Source of the DNA: Paraspadella gotoi | Taxonomy: Eukaryota > Animalia > Chaetognatha | Assembly: GCA_051294375.1 (NCBI GenBank) | Contig: CM119264.1 | Span: 30,355,656-30,419,655 of the forward strand | Reading direction: 5' to 3' | Length of the DNA: 64,000 nucleotides | Shown here: in pieces, positions 40,028-54,480 of the stretch | How the letters are laid out: every line of letters starts with the position of its first letter | Position numbering within the stretch: the first letter of the stretch is position 1 | Notes under the pieces: generated by a model | What the model saw: the letters and a program-made list of their open reading frames with translations, nothing else | What the model was told of the DNA's origin: nothing | Database searches by the model: none | Made by a program: the position numbers and the translations under genes

Positions 40028-43000
40028 GGTAGTGAGTGGGAAAGAGAGAGAAAAAAAAGAGAGAGAAAAGAGGAGAAAGATGTGAGGTGAAAGAGATAGA
40101 AAACGAGAGAGAGAGAGAGAGAAAACGGAGAGAGAGAGAGAGAGAGAGAGATAGGGACATCCTTCGCTTTTCATTTTTTTTGGTGATAATCCTTTCCTCT
40201 CTCGGTCGTCTCACCTCCCCCTCTCCCCCCTCCTGCTTCATCTTCTCTCTACACGAAATTTTTAATTTGCTTCACTCTTCTCTCTCTCTCTCTCTCTCTT
40301 ATCTCTCTCTCTTTTGCCCTAGTATAATGATGTCTTCGCCGAACCAGAGGCCAAAAAATCAAGCAGAGGCGAAATTTTGAAAAAAAAAAAAATGGAAAGA
40401 ACCCAAAACTAATAACAGATAATCATTGACCATGAGCAACGTATGGCAAATAATATTGAAAAAAGTACAATTTAAAGAGAAGTATCTACTATGATACTAA
40501 AAACTATTAACTAATTAATTTAATTAGCATTGTAAACGAACTGAAGTCGTAGAGGTGGCTATCGTTTGATTCCTCAACTTTCCTGAAACTAATTCTGCGC
40601 TATTTCAAAAGTAGAGTGAATTCGAAGAAAGATGGCGCAGAGAGACGATGGCACGAGTCCACTAGCTCAAGATGGCTGACGACAAAGTCTCGGCAAAGAT
40701 GATCGTCTACGCAGCTGCGGTACATCTAAGTCGATGCAAAATCCAGGATCTTCTCTGAAGCTAAAGGTTAAAGAAATCCTGGACAAAGGGAACAAACATT
40801 TAATACACACTCAGTAACATAATTATATAAATTTAAAGAGATTCTCTTACTTTGTTTTTCTGAAGCCAGATTGTAAAACGTTGCCTCGTACACATAAGAA
40901 GTCACCATCCAGGCTGATCACAAAAACTTATTATTAAAAAAACTGCTTTTGTTTCCGAGTAATATCTATATGCGAATTTGTAGAAAACCTATTAAATAGT
41001 AGCAAAAACGCCAGTGTGAGACTAAGTGAAGTCTGAAAGGCTACATCGTCGATAAGAATATCAGGACTGAGATTCTGATCGAAACCGGCGGTCAACCAAT
41101 CAGATGCCTGCCACGCACTGCCCTCGGAAACTTGTACTTAGTTACTATACTTTTTAACTTATCCATAATCGAAATACAGATGTCGCTGTGATCGCCCAGA
41201 GAAACGGAATATCCTTGCGTTATAAGGAACAAAGAACAGTTGGGGAAAAGGTAGAGAAGCTGAATTCCTCGTAATATATTGATCATTATTACGTAACAAG
41301 CATTATATTTATTTATATTTATCATCTGCTTAAAACCAATTTCCTTATTTGCGATTCGCCTTAATTTTCATTTCAAGATTTCCCGAACCGTGACCCGATC
41401 GCCATAATAAACTTCACCGTCCGAATCGTCCTTGTCCTTCACTGTGAATCTCTTTTTATCTTTTTTCTCTTTCACCCAAAATAGTTTTCACATCCAATTT
41501 AATACATAAAGCTCACATAAAGCCTCACTTAAAGGCTTTATGTGTGCTCCTCGGCTTAGGATTCTCACTCACACACAAGACTCTTTCTCTCGACTGTTCT
41601 GCTGTTTTTCATCGTCGCTTCATTCGTCGTCGCTCTCATCAAATTTTTTTTTAGTTGTAAACGTAGCGTATACGAAATTTATTCATGACTTGTATCTTTG
41701 TGATTAATTATTTTAACATTAACCTTGACCAATCACCGACGAGACTTTTAAGATGATATTTTTACTTTTTTCCAACGAAATTCGTATGAAGTCGACGATG
41801 GAATGCTCCGATTAGAACGTCAGCGAAAAGGAGATAAACAGAGAGTAGTAAAAATTAGAAATTACATTAAATAATGAAATTAAATTAAGAAAAAATAGTG
41901 TCAGAGACAATATTGTGGACAATTCAGCTCTGTCAGCATCGTGTGATAATTATCATAGAAAGTACGTGTTAATATATCTTTATCTTTATAATTAAGAATC
42001 ATAATTAGAATTTTTTTTTTCAACCAAAATGATAAATCGATAAAATAAGATGACGATAAATTTGACGTGAAATAGAATCGTGAGGCAACGATCGAGACTA
42101 AGTTCAAAGCAAGAAGGAATTTTTATTCGAGTAAAAAAAACAGAGAGAGAAACCTGGGAACAAAAGGATGCAAATTTCTACGTCATTACAGCAATAAGAA
42201 TTGACCATTTTGGCTCTGTACGAATACAAATATATAGACACGTTAGGCCGGACTGTGTCTTTTTTAAATTGGCCTCTATTTTAGTTAATAAGTACTAATG
42301 ATACATTATTTCTCTCACATCACGGCCTAACCTCGGGTTCCGCTCTACAAAAAAACCGTTTCAAAATTTTTAACTCATCATTCAGCTGAGATAGAAGGAG
42401 AAATGTTTTTTTTGATAAATAAGTACTTTCGTCACTGGGTTGGGACCTGTAAAAGTTTCCAACTTTGCATGATATGTTCTTTTTATTCCTCGCTCAAACC
42501 CACGGATCCGGTTTCTGGAAAATTCCAAACATTTTAGATATGAGTATATTTTTTTTTAAAGTACTAAAAAAGATACATACTTTTTGATACAGCAAATAAA
42601 AATAAAGATCATAACTAATCCAATAATCCCTCCGGGTTGTGATTGGGTAGAGAAATAGGCATATTACAGTTACATGTGCAACACTATCGAGATACATTTC
42701 TGATGTTTATTTCCTGTTTTGGTGTATTCTTCTAATGTCGGAAATAATGAGTGATTCTCGGTATAGAATTATTAGTACTAATTGGAATGTAATGTTTATT
42801 CATGTATAGGCTAACACATATATCAGATAAAGTAAACTAGTATAAATTATTTTTCGGTTTATGGTTTTTATGTCTCTGGTCATGTACTCTCTACAAGTCT
42901 CTCTTATATCGCTAACTCTACTCTTCTATCTCTATTCCTCTCGTGCATATCCGCTTCTCTCCTTCATCCTCTCTCACGCGGTATTCTGAGATTTATATAC

Positions 43001-46000
43001 ACACATAGTGCAGTATCTTTGCTGGTGTGCTTTCATCACAGGCACCTCTACATATTAACTCTCGCCAGCTATCCCGCTGCATATCCTCTCGGTTAATCAA
43101 ATAAAAGTGAGTTTTATAATCTATGGCATTACAATATCAGTAAAGTTGATACAGTGCTTCTATGAATCTGTTCTTAACTTCCAACCTCCTCCGCAGTAGA
43201 TACAGACAAAAAGTACATTAGAACGGATCAAAAGATCGACCGGTCTGAAGGAATCAGAGATAGATAGAGACTTATTTATAGATCCTTTCCACTTAGTTAA
43301 TAGATACTAGGTCGGTTAGAGATAAGAGTAACAACTTAGATCCTTGTCTAAAAAAGTGATAAAAATAATTAGGTCCTTTCATAATGATATATCCTATGAT
43401 CTCTTAATTGCTAGTACATCTTGTTCGTTAAAGGACATATAGATGTGTTTTTATAATTATTATTTACATATACTGATATGCACAATAGTGATTTCACAAT
43501 ATGTAGAGATGTAATAGATCTGGACTCTAATCAATGACTTTTCTCATTAATGCGAATACACGCAATTGAAAATAATTTCTGACGTAACAGAAGTAGATAT
43601 TTTCAACGAGCTCCCCTCGAATTTTTCATACTGCGTCGGAAATTAAATTTTGCTTCTCTCTAGGTTCTACTTAAGTTTTTGAGGCTTTCAGAGACTTAGT
43701 CGTTATAATAAAAAATATTGATTGTGTCTTGATTATACTCTGGTAATCCTATTACTTGGATTTAGGACACGTGAGCTCGCTGTTCTCTGCAATGCCTTTG
43801 CGATATGCGTTGGGAGTCGTCGTGGCAATACTCTTGCTTAATATGACTTGTCCTCTAAAATGTTTCAAGTGGATTGTGCTTTAATAAATCTGGGATTAGG
43901 AGACTAGTCAAAAGTTAGTAAAACTCTTTTGAAATGTTTTCGTCACTTCCGGGCTTGTCTTTAAATAATATATATAATATGGGATTGGCTGAATGACGCG
44001 CAGTGTGGAAGTTATGTCTCTTCTAATATGAAACAAACTAACTTTCTCTCGTCCGGAAATACATTCGAAATAGTTTGCTATTCACTGTCTAAGGTCTCTC
44101 TCTCTCTTCTTTCTCTTCTCTGTGTGTTGAAACTAATTAAATAGTTTTACAAAATCATCGTTGCTGCCTTGTTTGACAACTCCAATAATGACAAGCCAAA
44201 TTATCGGCAAACATAACGGATTCTATGCTTTATTCTCAGCTTCATATATCTTCCTCTCCTCTCTCTTATGTATGTGCCTTGTCATAACCGCTTAGTGCTT
44301 CAAACCAAATATATATTGGATCTCGCTGATCGTGGGCTGTAAGGATTTATTATGATCTGGGCTATACTTGTATACCGGACCAAAGATAAATAAAATAATA
44401 TAAAAAGAATTCAGACTAATCGTCCGTGTGTTGTATCTTTCAACTTGATATTTTTCAGGAATAATTTGCTGGTGTGTGCTCCTCGGCCTGTCTGGATAGC
44501 CCGCCAATCCCTGTATGTTTCCAGAAATCATCCATGGTTTTGTGTCATATTACTTAGCGTCACGGTCTGCAAGATAATCGGCTCGGAACCAAAATTATAA
44601 TCGTAAACTCGCTGTTCTTTCAGATTTTCTAAGTGCGAGCGACTTATCTAGTTCTATTACGTCACATCGCTTTATAAACTGGGCTGCGCCTCCTTGCGTA
44701 CGGTTCTCCTTCACCACTATGCTGGCTCAAGAGAAATGTATTTGGCACTTTTGTTTATTCAAGACACTTGGTCTAGTTTGTTAAACAAATAAAAAAAGAT
44801 TTTCATATTATTTATGTCATGTATGTTTGAATATAGAAGAAATCATTAGATAACACTCATAGGAGATTCAAGCCGACTATCTATATGGCACCATCATGTC
44901 GATCTATTGATACTATAGTCTATATTAAACTGAATATCTTATACTGTCTCCGGCTCCCGCTCTTCTGTGAAAAATCAGTCCAGAAATTGGTCTTTATTCT
45001 TCCTCTCTCTCCCACATAATAACTACAAATCAAACATAATAACAATAAAATTAATATAATAATATCCTTCTCTTTAACATAATCTTTCTATTCCTTTCTA
45101 TATTTCTCTCATTTCAGAACTCTAACATTTAATCTCTTTCTTATTGTTCTATATTCCCTGTATCTCCTCCTCTTCCGCTCAGTCCACTCTTATCTCACAA
45201 GTACTAATATAATCAACTCTAGTATCTCTTATATATGCTTCCTCATCCCATATCATCCTTATTCTTATCACATATAATAATCATACAAATATCATATAAC
45301 GCTGGGTCTCCATATTTCAGTAAATTAAATAATCTTACTATATCGCAAATGTCGTTCCACTCTATCTCCACTATAATAATATCTGTCATGAACATGTCTG
45401 GCATCACTGAAGTCCATTAATTCTCATATCTATCACCTCAAATCACTAAATCCAACATATCAGATGGGCTATACCAAAAAGTGTGCCAATAACATAAATA
45501 GTTCCATCTCTGTATCACATGTGCTCTCCCCCCCCGACGCTCTCCACCTCCTCTTGTCTCTTCCACGTGATCTCGTGCTATAGGCGCCGCATAACGGATC
45601 TCTCATGCCGACACGACTCGAGCGCATAGTTGGGAAGTACGTTATGAAGAGTGATGCTATGAGCGGATAGGACGCGATCTTGTCGGCAGACGGAGATGTT
45701 GAACGCCTCCCGTCGCAGAAGATCAGGGATTCAGGGGCATGTAGGGAGTTGGTGCGCTGTTATAACAGGGTAGCTGTGGTGGTGGGCCGTGTTTGTGATG
45801 TTAGCTTATCATGGTTGCGGATTCTGGTTTGGTTTCTTCGTTGGTTTTGGCTATTCGAGTCGGGGATTCTTTAATTATATCGATGTAGCTTGGAGCACTT
45901 GTCGTAGGTTACGTCTTTCCGATTTCAATTCTTTCTTTTTCCGGTGTACATAGTAGTGCTGTGTAGCTGGTCCGTAATAGATTGATGCGTTTGAGAGCGA

Positions 46001-48004
46001 TATTCCACTATTGCTAGACTTGGATGGACTTGACGCGCTTTCTATTGCTGATTTCAATGAGAGATGTGTAAGTTGAGCACTGAGCTAGATTCTCTGTATT
46101 TGATGATGTCTGAATGTATCTCCTTCTCCCAAACGGTTCCTTTCTATTCTCTCTTTCTTCTTTCTTTTCTTTCCTTTCTATTCCCATCTATCCTTTTTTA
46201 TTCTTTCTTTCCTTCTATTCCACTCTTCCTTTCAATTCTTTCTTTTCCCTTTTATTTTTCTTATCTTTTTCTTCTTTTCCTTTCTATTCTCTCTTTCTTT
46301 ATTTCTTTCTTTTATCCTTCTTTCTTTTCTTTCTTCTTCCTTTCTATTCTTTCTTTCATTTCTATTTTCTTTTCCCTTTGGTGTTCGTTCCGCTACCCTT
46401 CCCTTTCTTCTTCTAATTTCTTCCTTTCCTTTCTATTACCGCTCTTTCTTTTCTCTTCTTTTTTTGCTGCCAGTCGACCTTTCTTTTTTTATCTTTCGTT
46501 TCTCCTTTTCTTCTTTTTTTCTTTTTTGTCCGGTCCTTCTGTATCGTTTGCTATTCTGAATTCGTTTTTTGTTGTCTGTTGTCTTTTCCTTATATTGTCG
46601 TTTTTACGTTCGTTGTTTTTTTTTTATTCTCTTTCTCTTTTCTTTTTGTTGTTATGTTTTGCTTCTATCTTTTTTTTCTGTTCTATTCTTCTATTCTTCT
46701 CTGTTTTTTTCTTTCTCCTTTTTTTTCCTTTTTTTTTTGTTTCTTTTTTTTTTTTTTTTTTTCTTCTTTTTTTTTTTTCTTTCTTCTTCCGTTGATGTTG
46801 GGGAGAGCGCAGAAGGTGAAAGCGGGAAAGAGAGAAGGGGGACGGGCAAGAGGGGGGCGCGGCAGCAAGGAAGGAGAGAGAAAGGCAGAGCAAAAAAGCG
46901 CGGGGGAAAGGGGGCAAGGGGGGAAAGGGATTGGGCGAGGGGGAAGGACGGGGGAAACGGGGGAAGAAGAGCACAAGGAAGAGGGGGAAAAGGAGGGTAG
47001 GGGAGGAACAAAAAAGAGGCCGGGCAGGAAACAGCAGGAGCGGGAGAGATACGCAAAGGGGAGGGAGCAGCCCAACGGGAGGGAGGCCCACACGGAGGCA
47101 AGGACGCGGGGGGCCGAAAAGGAGCAGGGGGAAAGGAGAACACGGATAAGCGGGAAACGAGGGTAAGGGGGTGAAGGGTAGAACGAGAAGAAGTAAAAAG
47201 AGGAAAAGGAGGGGACAGCGAAGGGCAAGAAAGAAAAGAAGGAAAGGAGAACACGGGAGAGAGACAGAAAGGCGAACCAGGGAGAGGGGGTAAAGAAAGG
47301 CAGCAAGGCCCAAGCGGGGAGGCCACAGAAAGGATGCAATCGGGAAGCGAAGAAAGGTGTGGCCAAAACCGGGCAACCAAATTCCGAACGGGAAGGGGCC
47401 AGCACAAGAAAAAAAAACGGGAGGAGGGACGAGGAGGGGGGGCGGAAAGACATGGAGGAGCGCCGACCGGGCACAGGGCGGAAAGGCACAGGGACAGGGC
47501 AGGATAGGGAGAAGGGAGGGAGGGGAAGAAAGGAGGAGAGCCGAAGGGGCGGCCGGGGAAGGGGGGCAGGTGAGGTGGTGAATCTGGAGGGCGATCAGCA
47601 GAGCCGCGAGCACGGGGGCGGCGGCCGCCGGGCCAAGAGGGGCGGGGCACGAACGAGAGCAGGGCAAGAAAACGAAGGAGAGGAAATAGGCAAAAAAAAG
47701 GAGGGCCGGCCGCGGTCCGGCCGGTGTGCCGTGCCGCCATCCGCCGGGTGCCCACCTTAGCAAAAACACCAATTACTCGGAGNNNNNNNNNNNNNNNNNN
47801 NNNNNNNGAGAGAGAGAGAGAGAGAGAATTTTTGCGTGTTTGTTTCGTCGGTGACTTGATCAGTTGCTCGCTTTTTTCTTTGGGAGGCGTAGGCGTGAAC
47901 TTTTTCCTGTTGAATAAAGTATTAATGTGCCCTGTCTATTAGGCGTAGTAAAATTTTCTAAATTTAACTTTAAGTTAAATAATTCTAATAAGGTAGGAAA
48001 TGAA

Positions 48005-48540
48005 CAACATACCTCAGATACTTACATAATACATTTATTGTTAATTAAAAAAATTTATATTAAATTGTACATATTACGCAGTAGGCCATATTTATACTAG
48101 TACTAATTCCAATAAATATTTTAAAAATTTCAAAATCAGTTTTTTAAAAATTTTTTTGCAGAATAATTTGGATTCGTCATAAAAAGTTGATAAAAGAAAT
48201 ATAACTCTTTTTTGAAAAATTCCTTTCATTAAGTGGTGTTCAAAAATTAAAAAGAAAGCTATATTTTAAGGGCTGAAAATTTACCTTTTTATAATTAAAT
48301 ATAGTTTGTTTTAATTTTTAACCCACTTAATGAAAGAATTTTCTAAAACATGATTTATATTTCTCTTTTATTCAACTTTTGACGAGGAATTTCAAATGCT
48401 GCAACAAAATTAAGGAAAAAAGATATTTTTGAATTTTTTCGATTTATAAGGAACGTACTATATATAAATATAGCTTCTGCGAAAATCTTAAAACACATTA
48501 AAATAATTTTTTTACATATTAATATTCATGATGTCATGTT
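48005..48540. mobile_element. Degenerate fold-back (palindromic MITE-like) element
   Basis: Arms of ~250 bp, e.g. CTTTCATTAAGTGG (48223) vs CCACTTAATGAAAG (48324), and AGCTATATTT vs AAATATAGTT, around a short spacer. Confidence 0.55.
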
Positions 48541-49204
48541 GTCTATAATTGAACATTTAAATTTTCGTATTGTAACTTTCACTACGCCTTACTGTCATAT
48601 TCACTTTCAGTCGTCCTCACACCGACCTATAATCGCCCCTTTTCACACTTTCACCTTTGACTATCTCTCACCTTTCTCCCTCACCGCTTTCATTATCACA
48701 ACGACCTTTTCGTCCGCCTTTTTTAAGGCCTCTCACTTTTGTCACAACGTCATTGCTCTCACTCTCACACCTTATCTTTCTTCTCACTCATTTTCACAAA
48801 TCAATCTCTCACTCTTTTTCGTTACTCGTTCTCTCTATCTTTCAATCGCCCATTCTTTCACAATTCTCTATCATTCACTTCTCTAACTCATTCTTTCACT
48901 TCTTCTCTCACCCATTTCATTCACCACCCAAGTCACCCCACATTTTTTCTCTCCCCACCGTCTCACAATTCACCCTGCCTGTATCTCGTGACGCCGCTCT
49001 ATCGGAAAATGTTATCGGTTCTCAGTGAAAAAATCGGGTAATAAAAAGAAAATCTATTTAGTGGAGTTTCCTCTTTCCTGTTTTTTTTTTTATATTTTTC
49101 TAACGCGCCGTCAACGTTCTTTTAAATATTAATTATCATTAATTAGATTTTTAAACTTGTTTTTTATACTGGTTGAAAGCTGCCGGTTATGAGTTATAGT
49201 TCGG

Positions 49205-49209
49205 ATGAG
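49205..49209 (+). CDS. Candidate first coding micro-segment (ATG AG|gtaaga) of the DUSP gene
   Basis: Strong donor whose phase 2 matches the acceptor at 50549, giving MRLDPSHP... Confidence 0.35.
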
Positions 49210-49453
49210 GTAAGAAATTAAAGATGAAGTGGCAAATTTCTTGTCAGAACATGGAAGAGGGGAAGACGGGAGATGATGAGAGAGAGCGAGAGACGATGAG
49301 AGAGAGACGAGGAGAGAGGGAGAGAGGAGGGGAGAGAGAGAAAATGAGAACCAGAAATTTCGATGTTTGAAAGGACTTCTCATCAATTCTCTCGATTTTG
49401 TCCGGTTCGGACTTTTTCGCCGCGATTGAGAGAGAGAGAGAGAGAGAGAAGAG

Positions 49454-49507
<54 letters not shown>

Positions 49508-50482
49508 GTGAGAGGGAGAAGAGAGTTGAGCAGGTTGAGATGGGTGGGATGGGATTAGTGAAGAGAAGAGAGCGAGGGAGTTGAATAAGGGAGAGAGATG
49601 GTGGAAGATTAGATGAGAATAGTTGAGATTAGATGAAATTAGATGAGATTAGACCGGTCATGAATTAAGATTATAGCGGGAGGAGGTAAGGAATAAGGAA
49701 ATGAGAGGACATAATGAAGAGAGGGATTCAAAGAAGGGGAGTGTGAAATAGGGATACGGGGCGGGGGTTCAAAAGCCTAACTCAGAGCCGGTGTGAAAAT
49801 CGATTTGTGAAAGTCACTTTCGATCGCTTCAACACAAAAATTTTCACCCCGTGATTCTATGAAATCCCTGACATGCAATGACACGTGATTCAGCGCGATC
49901 TTTACACGTTGGATATTTTTTCTTTCTTTTTTTTCTTTTTTTTTTCGATCGCTCGAGCCTGATTGTCGAATTTAAACCCAAAATAAAGAATAAAATAAAA
50001 TAAAACTATTAAAAGGTTCATTAACACATTAAAAAAAAAGAAAAAAAAAACCATTGGCCGAAATCTAAAAAATAAAAGCGTTTTAAAACTGAAAATCAAA
50101 CCTGCGTTTAAGCTGAATGGAAATTAACAAAATTGTATTAAAAAACTCAATTTTTGTTAAAAATGTAAAGCGATTTAAATCGATCTTTATAACGAGCCGA
50201 ACGATTCTTACTTGAGCGAAAAGGACAACAACGACGACAACAAAGAAAAACATTTAAAACTCTTGAGAAGAAAAAGTTATGAACGCGTTCATAAAAATGT
50301 CATGTTTTACAATCTTCTCATTTTTCGTCATTTTAAGTTCTGCTCTATTAATTATCTTATTAATCTATAACATCCACTTAAAACGAATCGTTTTTTTAAA
50401 TTTTTTTTCATTGACTTTTTATTTACAATGTTTATCTTTAATAATATCATTTTCTTTCACTATCTTCTCTCTCTCTCTCTCT

Positions 50483-50527
<45 letters not shown>

Positions 50528-50548
50528 CCCTCACCCACCCCCCCGCAG

Positions 50549-50859
50549 ACTCGACCCCTCACACCCCAAAACTCATTTGCCGCCTCTCCCACGAACCAAC
50601 AAAGTGGTGGTCACCCCTGCACCTCCCCCTTGCACCCTGGAGAACCTCAAAGGTGTCCTGCTGGGCATGTGCACCCTGGACTACCCTCTTCGCGACACCG
50701 AAGCCAAAGTGGCCGAGATTGTTCCAGGGATCTTTATGGGCGAAGGTCCTTTGAATCCAGATCGGTTGAAGAAGAGAGGAGTCGTCAGGGTGTTGAACTG
50801 TTCGGCCGAGAAAGAAGTCTCGGTCACCAATAATTTGGAGAATCCATACAAGGATTTTG
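50549..50859 (+). CDS. Atypical dual-specificity phosphatase (DUSP3/13/26/DUPD1-like), exon with N-terminal part of the DSPc domain
   Basis: CTLENLKGVL...VAEIVPGIFMGE...LKKRGVVRVLNCS matches the DSPc N-terminal pattern (E-V-xPxLYLG...L+xxGITHVLN). CAG acceptor, GT donor in phase 1. Confidence 0.82.
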
Positions 50860-51107
50860 GTCGGTTGTTCAATGATTTAAAGAAGCAAAAATATGAATTA
50901 AACTTAATTATTTTGTAAATGAACCAATATTAGTATAAAGCTATTCGTAGTGGGATTTACAACTTTACAATTTTCTAAGGCCACACAGTTGAAAAAATGG
51001 GAAAAGTTTTTTTGTTTAGAAAGAATAAAATTAAATTCCCACCACGAAATTGCTTAATATTAAATTACAATCTCCTGTGCATGTGATATCAATCCTTTCC
51101 CATCCAG

Positions 51108-51475
51108 GCATCAAATACATGGCCCTCGCCATCTCTGACAGCCCTTCCACCGACATCCGCCCGGACCTGGAACCGGTCGCCAAATTCCTCGATCGGGGCC
51201 TCGTTCACGGTTCCGTCTACGTTCACTCGATCCACGGAACCTCGCGCGCCGCCATCTTCGTCGTCGCTTATCTCATGCGACGCCGCGGGATGGGCGGCGT
51301 CGAAGCGTTGCGCGCCGTCCAGATGCGGCGCCCCGTGGCCCCTCACGACGGATTTCTGCGTCTCATCGTGGAGTTGGATCGAGAGGCGCGGCGCCTTGAC
51401 GCGTGGATGAAGAGACATCTGGAGATGACGATCGATAGCGAGTTGGTGAAACCGAGGCCGATTCACGCGCCGATA
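51108..51475 (+). CDS. DUSP exon with catalytic-loop region VYVHSIHGTSRAAIFVVAYLM (Cys to Ser; probable pseudophosphatase)
   Basis: GIKYMAL-D-P, HxxxGxSR, AYLM and PxxGF motifs present. CAG acceptor, GTGAGT donor at 51476. Confidence 0.88.
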
Positions 51476-51841
51476 GTGAGTTGTTTTTTTGGTTGATTGG
51501 CGGAATTTATTGTTGATTTTTGTTGGATTTTTATTGTTGTTATGTATGTTTAATTGTTTATTGTTGATTGTCCATTGTAATTGTTTTTTTTTTTTCAGTT
51601 AATTTTTTTGTTTTTTGTTCATGGTTTTACTTTTTTGGTTTTTTTTGCGCAATCATAAACATAAACATAAACATATTAAATATAATCACATTTTATTAAG
51701 CCCAAAGCGTCCACAATACCAACAAACAAAATTAAAACCCCGTAAACCCTAAACTAAAACTAATTAAAACATAATTAAACCGTAAACTGTAAATAAAATA
51801 ATCATAATTTAGCAAACGATTTAATGTTGTTCTCCCCAAAG

Positions 51842-52009
51842 GTTCACTATCGCGACCCCGAAGTTTACCGATTCGCCGCTTCTTGTCTTCATCGACAGAA
51901 AGTCGCGCAAAAGTTGTACTTCAACAGCGACGAGCCCTCCAGCCCCATCACTCACGACAGCAACGGAAAAGTCAAGAGGATCGTGTTTGTGGGCAAACTC
52001 GTGGCCTGA
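51842..52009 (+). CDS. DUSP terminal exon (VHYRDPEVYRF...VFVGKLVA*)
   Basis: AAG acceptor in phase 0 matching the 51476 donor, GC3-rich codons, TGA stop. Confidence 0.65.
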   Translation, partial: VHYRDPEVYRFAASCLHRQKVAQKLYFNSDEPSSPITHDSNGKVKRIVFVGKLVA

Positions 52010-53900
52010 TGTGGATGACCTGTGGAGAGGACCGCAACTGGACATGACGTGGTCAAATGAAGAAAGCCTCAGTTCGCTGTCGAAGGACGAGAGAGTTTTG
52101 TGAAAGTGAACAGAAAATCTGAACTGTGAAGATTCCGATAAAAAAAAAACATTTCTCAAATGATCAAAATGACGTTCAGAGGTTTTTTTAAATTTAAACA
52201 CTGAACATTTACGAGTCACAAGACACAAATAATTTCGGGTCTTTAGAATCATGAACTTTTCATCACGGCCCCGTTGTTTGTGTCGTCTTATGCAAAATAT
52301 TTCACGTGGATATTTACTGCGATCAAAAAAATTGTAACAAAACTAACTGTTGCTCCAAATATTACCACAATCGCTTGCTTTAAATGCTACAATAAAAATT
52401 TCTCGTTATAATCTTAATTCGTTGTAATTGATTCATCAAGACTTTCTGAAATCTCTCTTTATTATTAAAATTTAAAATGAGCCAAAGATCGTATCTCACA
52501 AGAGAGACAGACGGACCGACCGATTCAGGCATTTCCGATATCTAACTCGATACAAAAGTAATATCGCTATCGAGATAAATATCGCTCGCTCGTTTTAGAG
52601 TCCGAACAAAAAAAAAATTGTCGCCGACAAAAGATGAAAAACCGCGTAGAAAATTCGTGAGAGTAGGAGGAGGAGGAAGAGGAGGAGGAGGAGGAAGAGG
52701 AGGAGGACCTAACAGTTTCTCATAAATAAAATTTGCATGTGTGATCTAAAAAGGAGAGGAGAGGAAAAGAAAGGAAAGGAAAGGAAAGGAAAGGAGAGAA
52801 GAGAAGAGGGAGGTTAGAAAAGGAAAGGAGATGAGAGGAGAGAGGGGAGAGGAGAAGAAAAGAAAGGAAAGGAAAGATAGAAAAAGGAAAGGAAAGGAGA
52901 GAAGAGGAGAGGAAAGAAAGAGGAAAGAAAGACAACAAAGAAAAAAAAGAAAAGAGATAAAAAGAAAGGAAAGAAAGAAACGAAAAAAAGCGAAGCGGTG
53001 AGAAATAAAATTAAAGTACAAAAATATTATGTGTAAATCTTTTCTTTTTTGTTGTGTTTGTGGTTTAAAAAGACGAATGTTTTATAGTTATTTATTATTA
53101 AAGTACAAAAATAAAAAAAGAAAAGAAAATGTAAAAAAAACACTGGAGGAAAAAAGGGAAAGAAAGAAAAAAAGGGAAAGAAAGAAAGAAAAAGGGAAAG
53201 AAAGAAAAAAAAGGGAAAGAAGAAAGAAAAAGGAAAGAAAGAAAAAAAGGGAAAGAAAGAAAAAAAGGGAAAGAAGAAAAGAAAGAAAAAAGGGAAAGAA
53301 AGAAGAGGTGAAAAGGTGAAGGTGGAGATGAAGAGAATCGAAGGTCATCAGTTGAGAATCAAAAAAAAAAGAGAGAAAATGGAGGAAAGAGAAGGGGGGT
53401 GGAGGGGGGGATGTGAAACGGGGTGGGGTGGGGGGGGAGTTCATTCCACTGTTTCCCCTTGGGGGATAATATCGTCATTGTTGCCCTGTCTATCGTTGTC
53501 GTTGCATGTCTATCGTTGTCGTTGTCAATGTCTATCGTTGTCGTTGGCATGTCTATCGTTGTCCTTGATAAGTCTTTGGTTGTCATTGCTTTGTCTCTTT
53601 CAATTTCTTGTCTTTCGTTGTTCTTGTCTTTTCAGACTTTGTCGTTTCGGCGGAATAAATGTCATCGTTTTTGTCATTTTCTCTCTGAAACTCGTTCACC
53701 TCGTTCACCTCGTTAACCATGTTATCCGAAGAGAAATTCGTAACTTTCTTTCATATTTAATACTTACATTATTCTGTACTTTTATTATATTTACATTTAC
53801 TACTTAAATAGTTAATCCAAGACCAAAAAAATAGGTTCTATTCTGGCTTCTCTTTCAGTCAAAGGAAAAACTCGTACATTCCCATGAGCATTTTAACGGT

Positions 53901-53967
<67 letters not shown>

Positions 53968-54085
53968 CATCCATGCAGCATTTTTTTCTATCGTCTCTCG
54001 AAATCGTTATTTTCGATTGATTGCTTCGTGTCACAATTGACCCGAAGCCGGAGAAAACTTGAACTCCTGATCAAATCTCTCTCTC

Positions 54086-54149
<64 letters not shown>

Positions 54150-54480
54150 TACTTAGATACCTTGTCAACATCACGTAAACCCGTCGAGGAAGAAAGTCTA
54201 AACAAATCATTTTCTACGAGAGTCAGAAAATATTTTATTTTACTATGTTCTCAAACAAACTTAATTTTCACTAAACGATTGTTCAAAATGAGTTATATTT
54301 TGTGTATATAAATATTTTTATCAATTTCTTAAATTTTTTTGGTTTTTTATCAAACTTTCACAAAGATTATAGGAAGTTTATTGGATATGAAAATTAAATT
54401 ATATAAATATTAATATTATTTCTATTTATAGAAAATTAAGATTAATTTTGAATTGGTGGAATATTAAGAAATTCATCAAG

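Noticed and set aside
41045-41095. Third hammerhead-like motif (ATCAG...CTGATC-GAAA-CCGG..GTC)
   Set aside because: The CUGANGA box is not intact, so it is too degenerate to call.
42700-47782. Long ORFs (243-382 aa) and the abrupt CT-rich to GA-rich switch at ~46790
   Set aside because: Compositionally scrambled, stop-poor sequence ending at an N gap; most likely a low-quality single-read segment.
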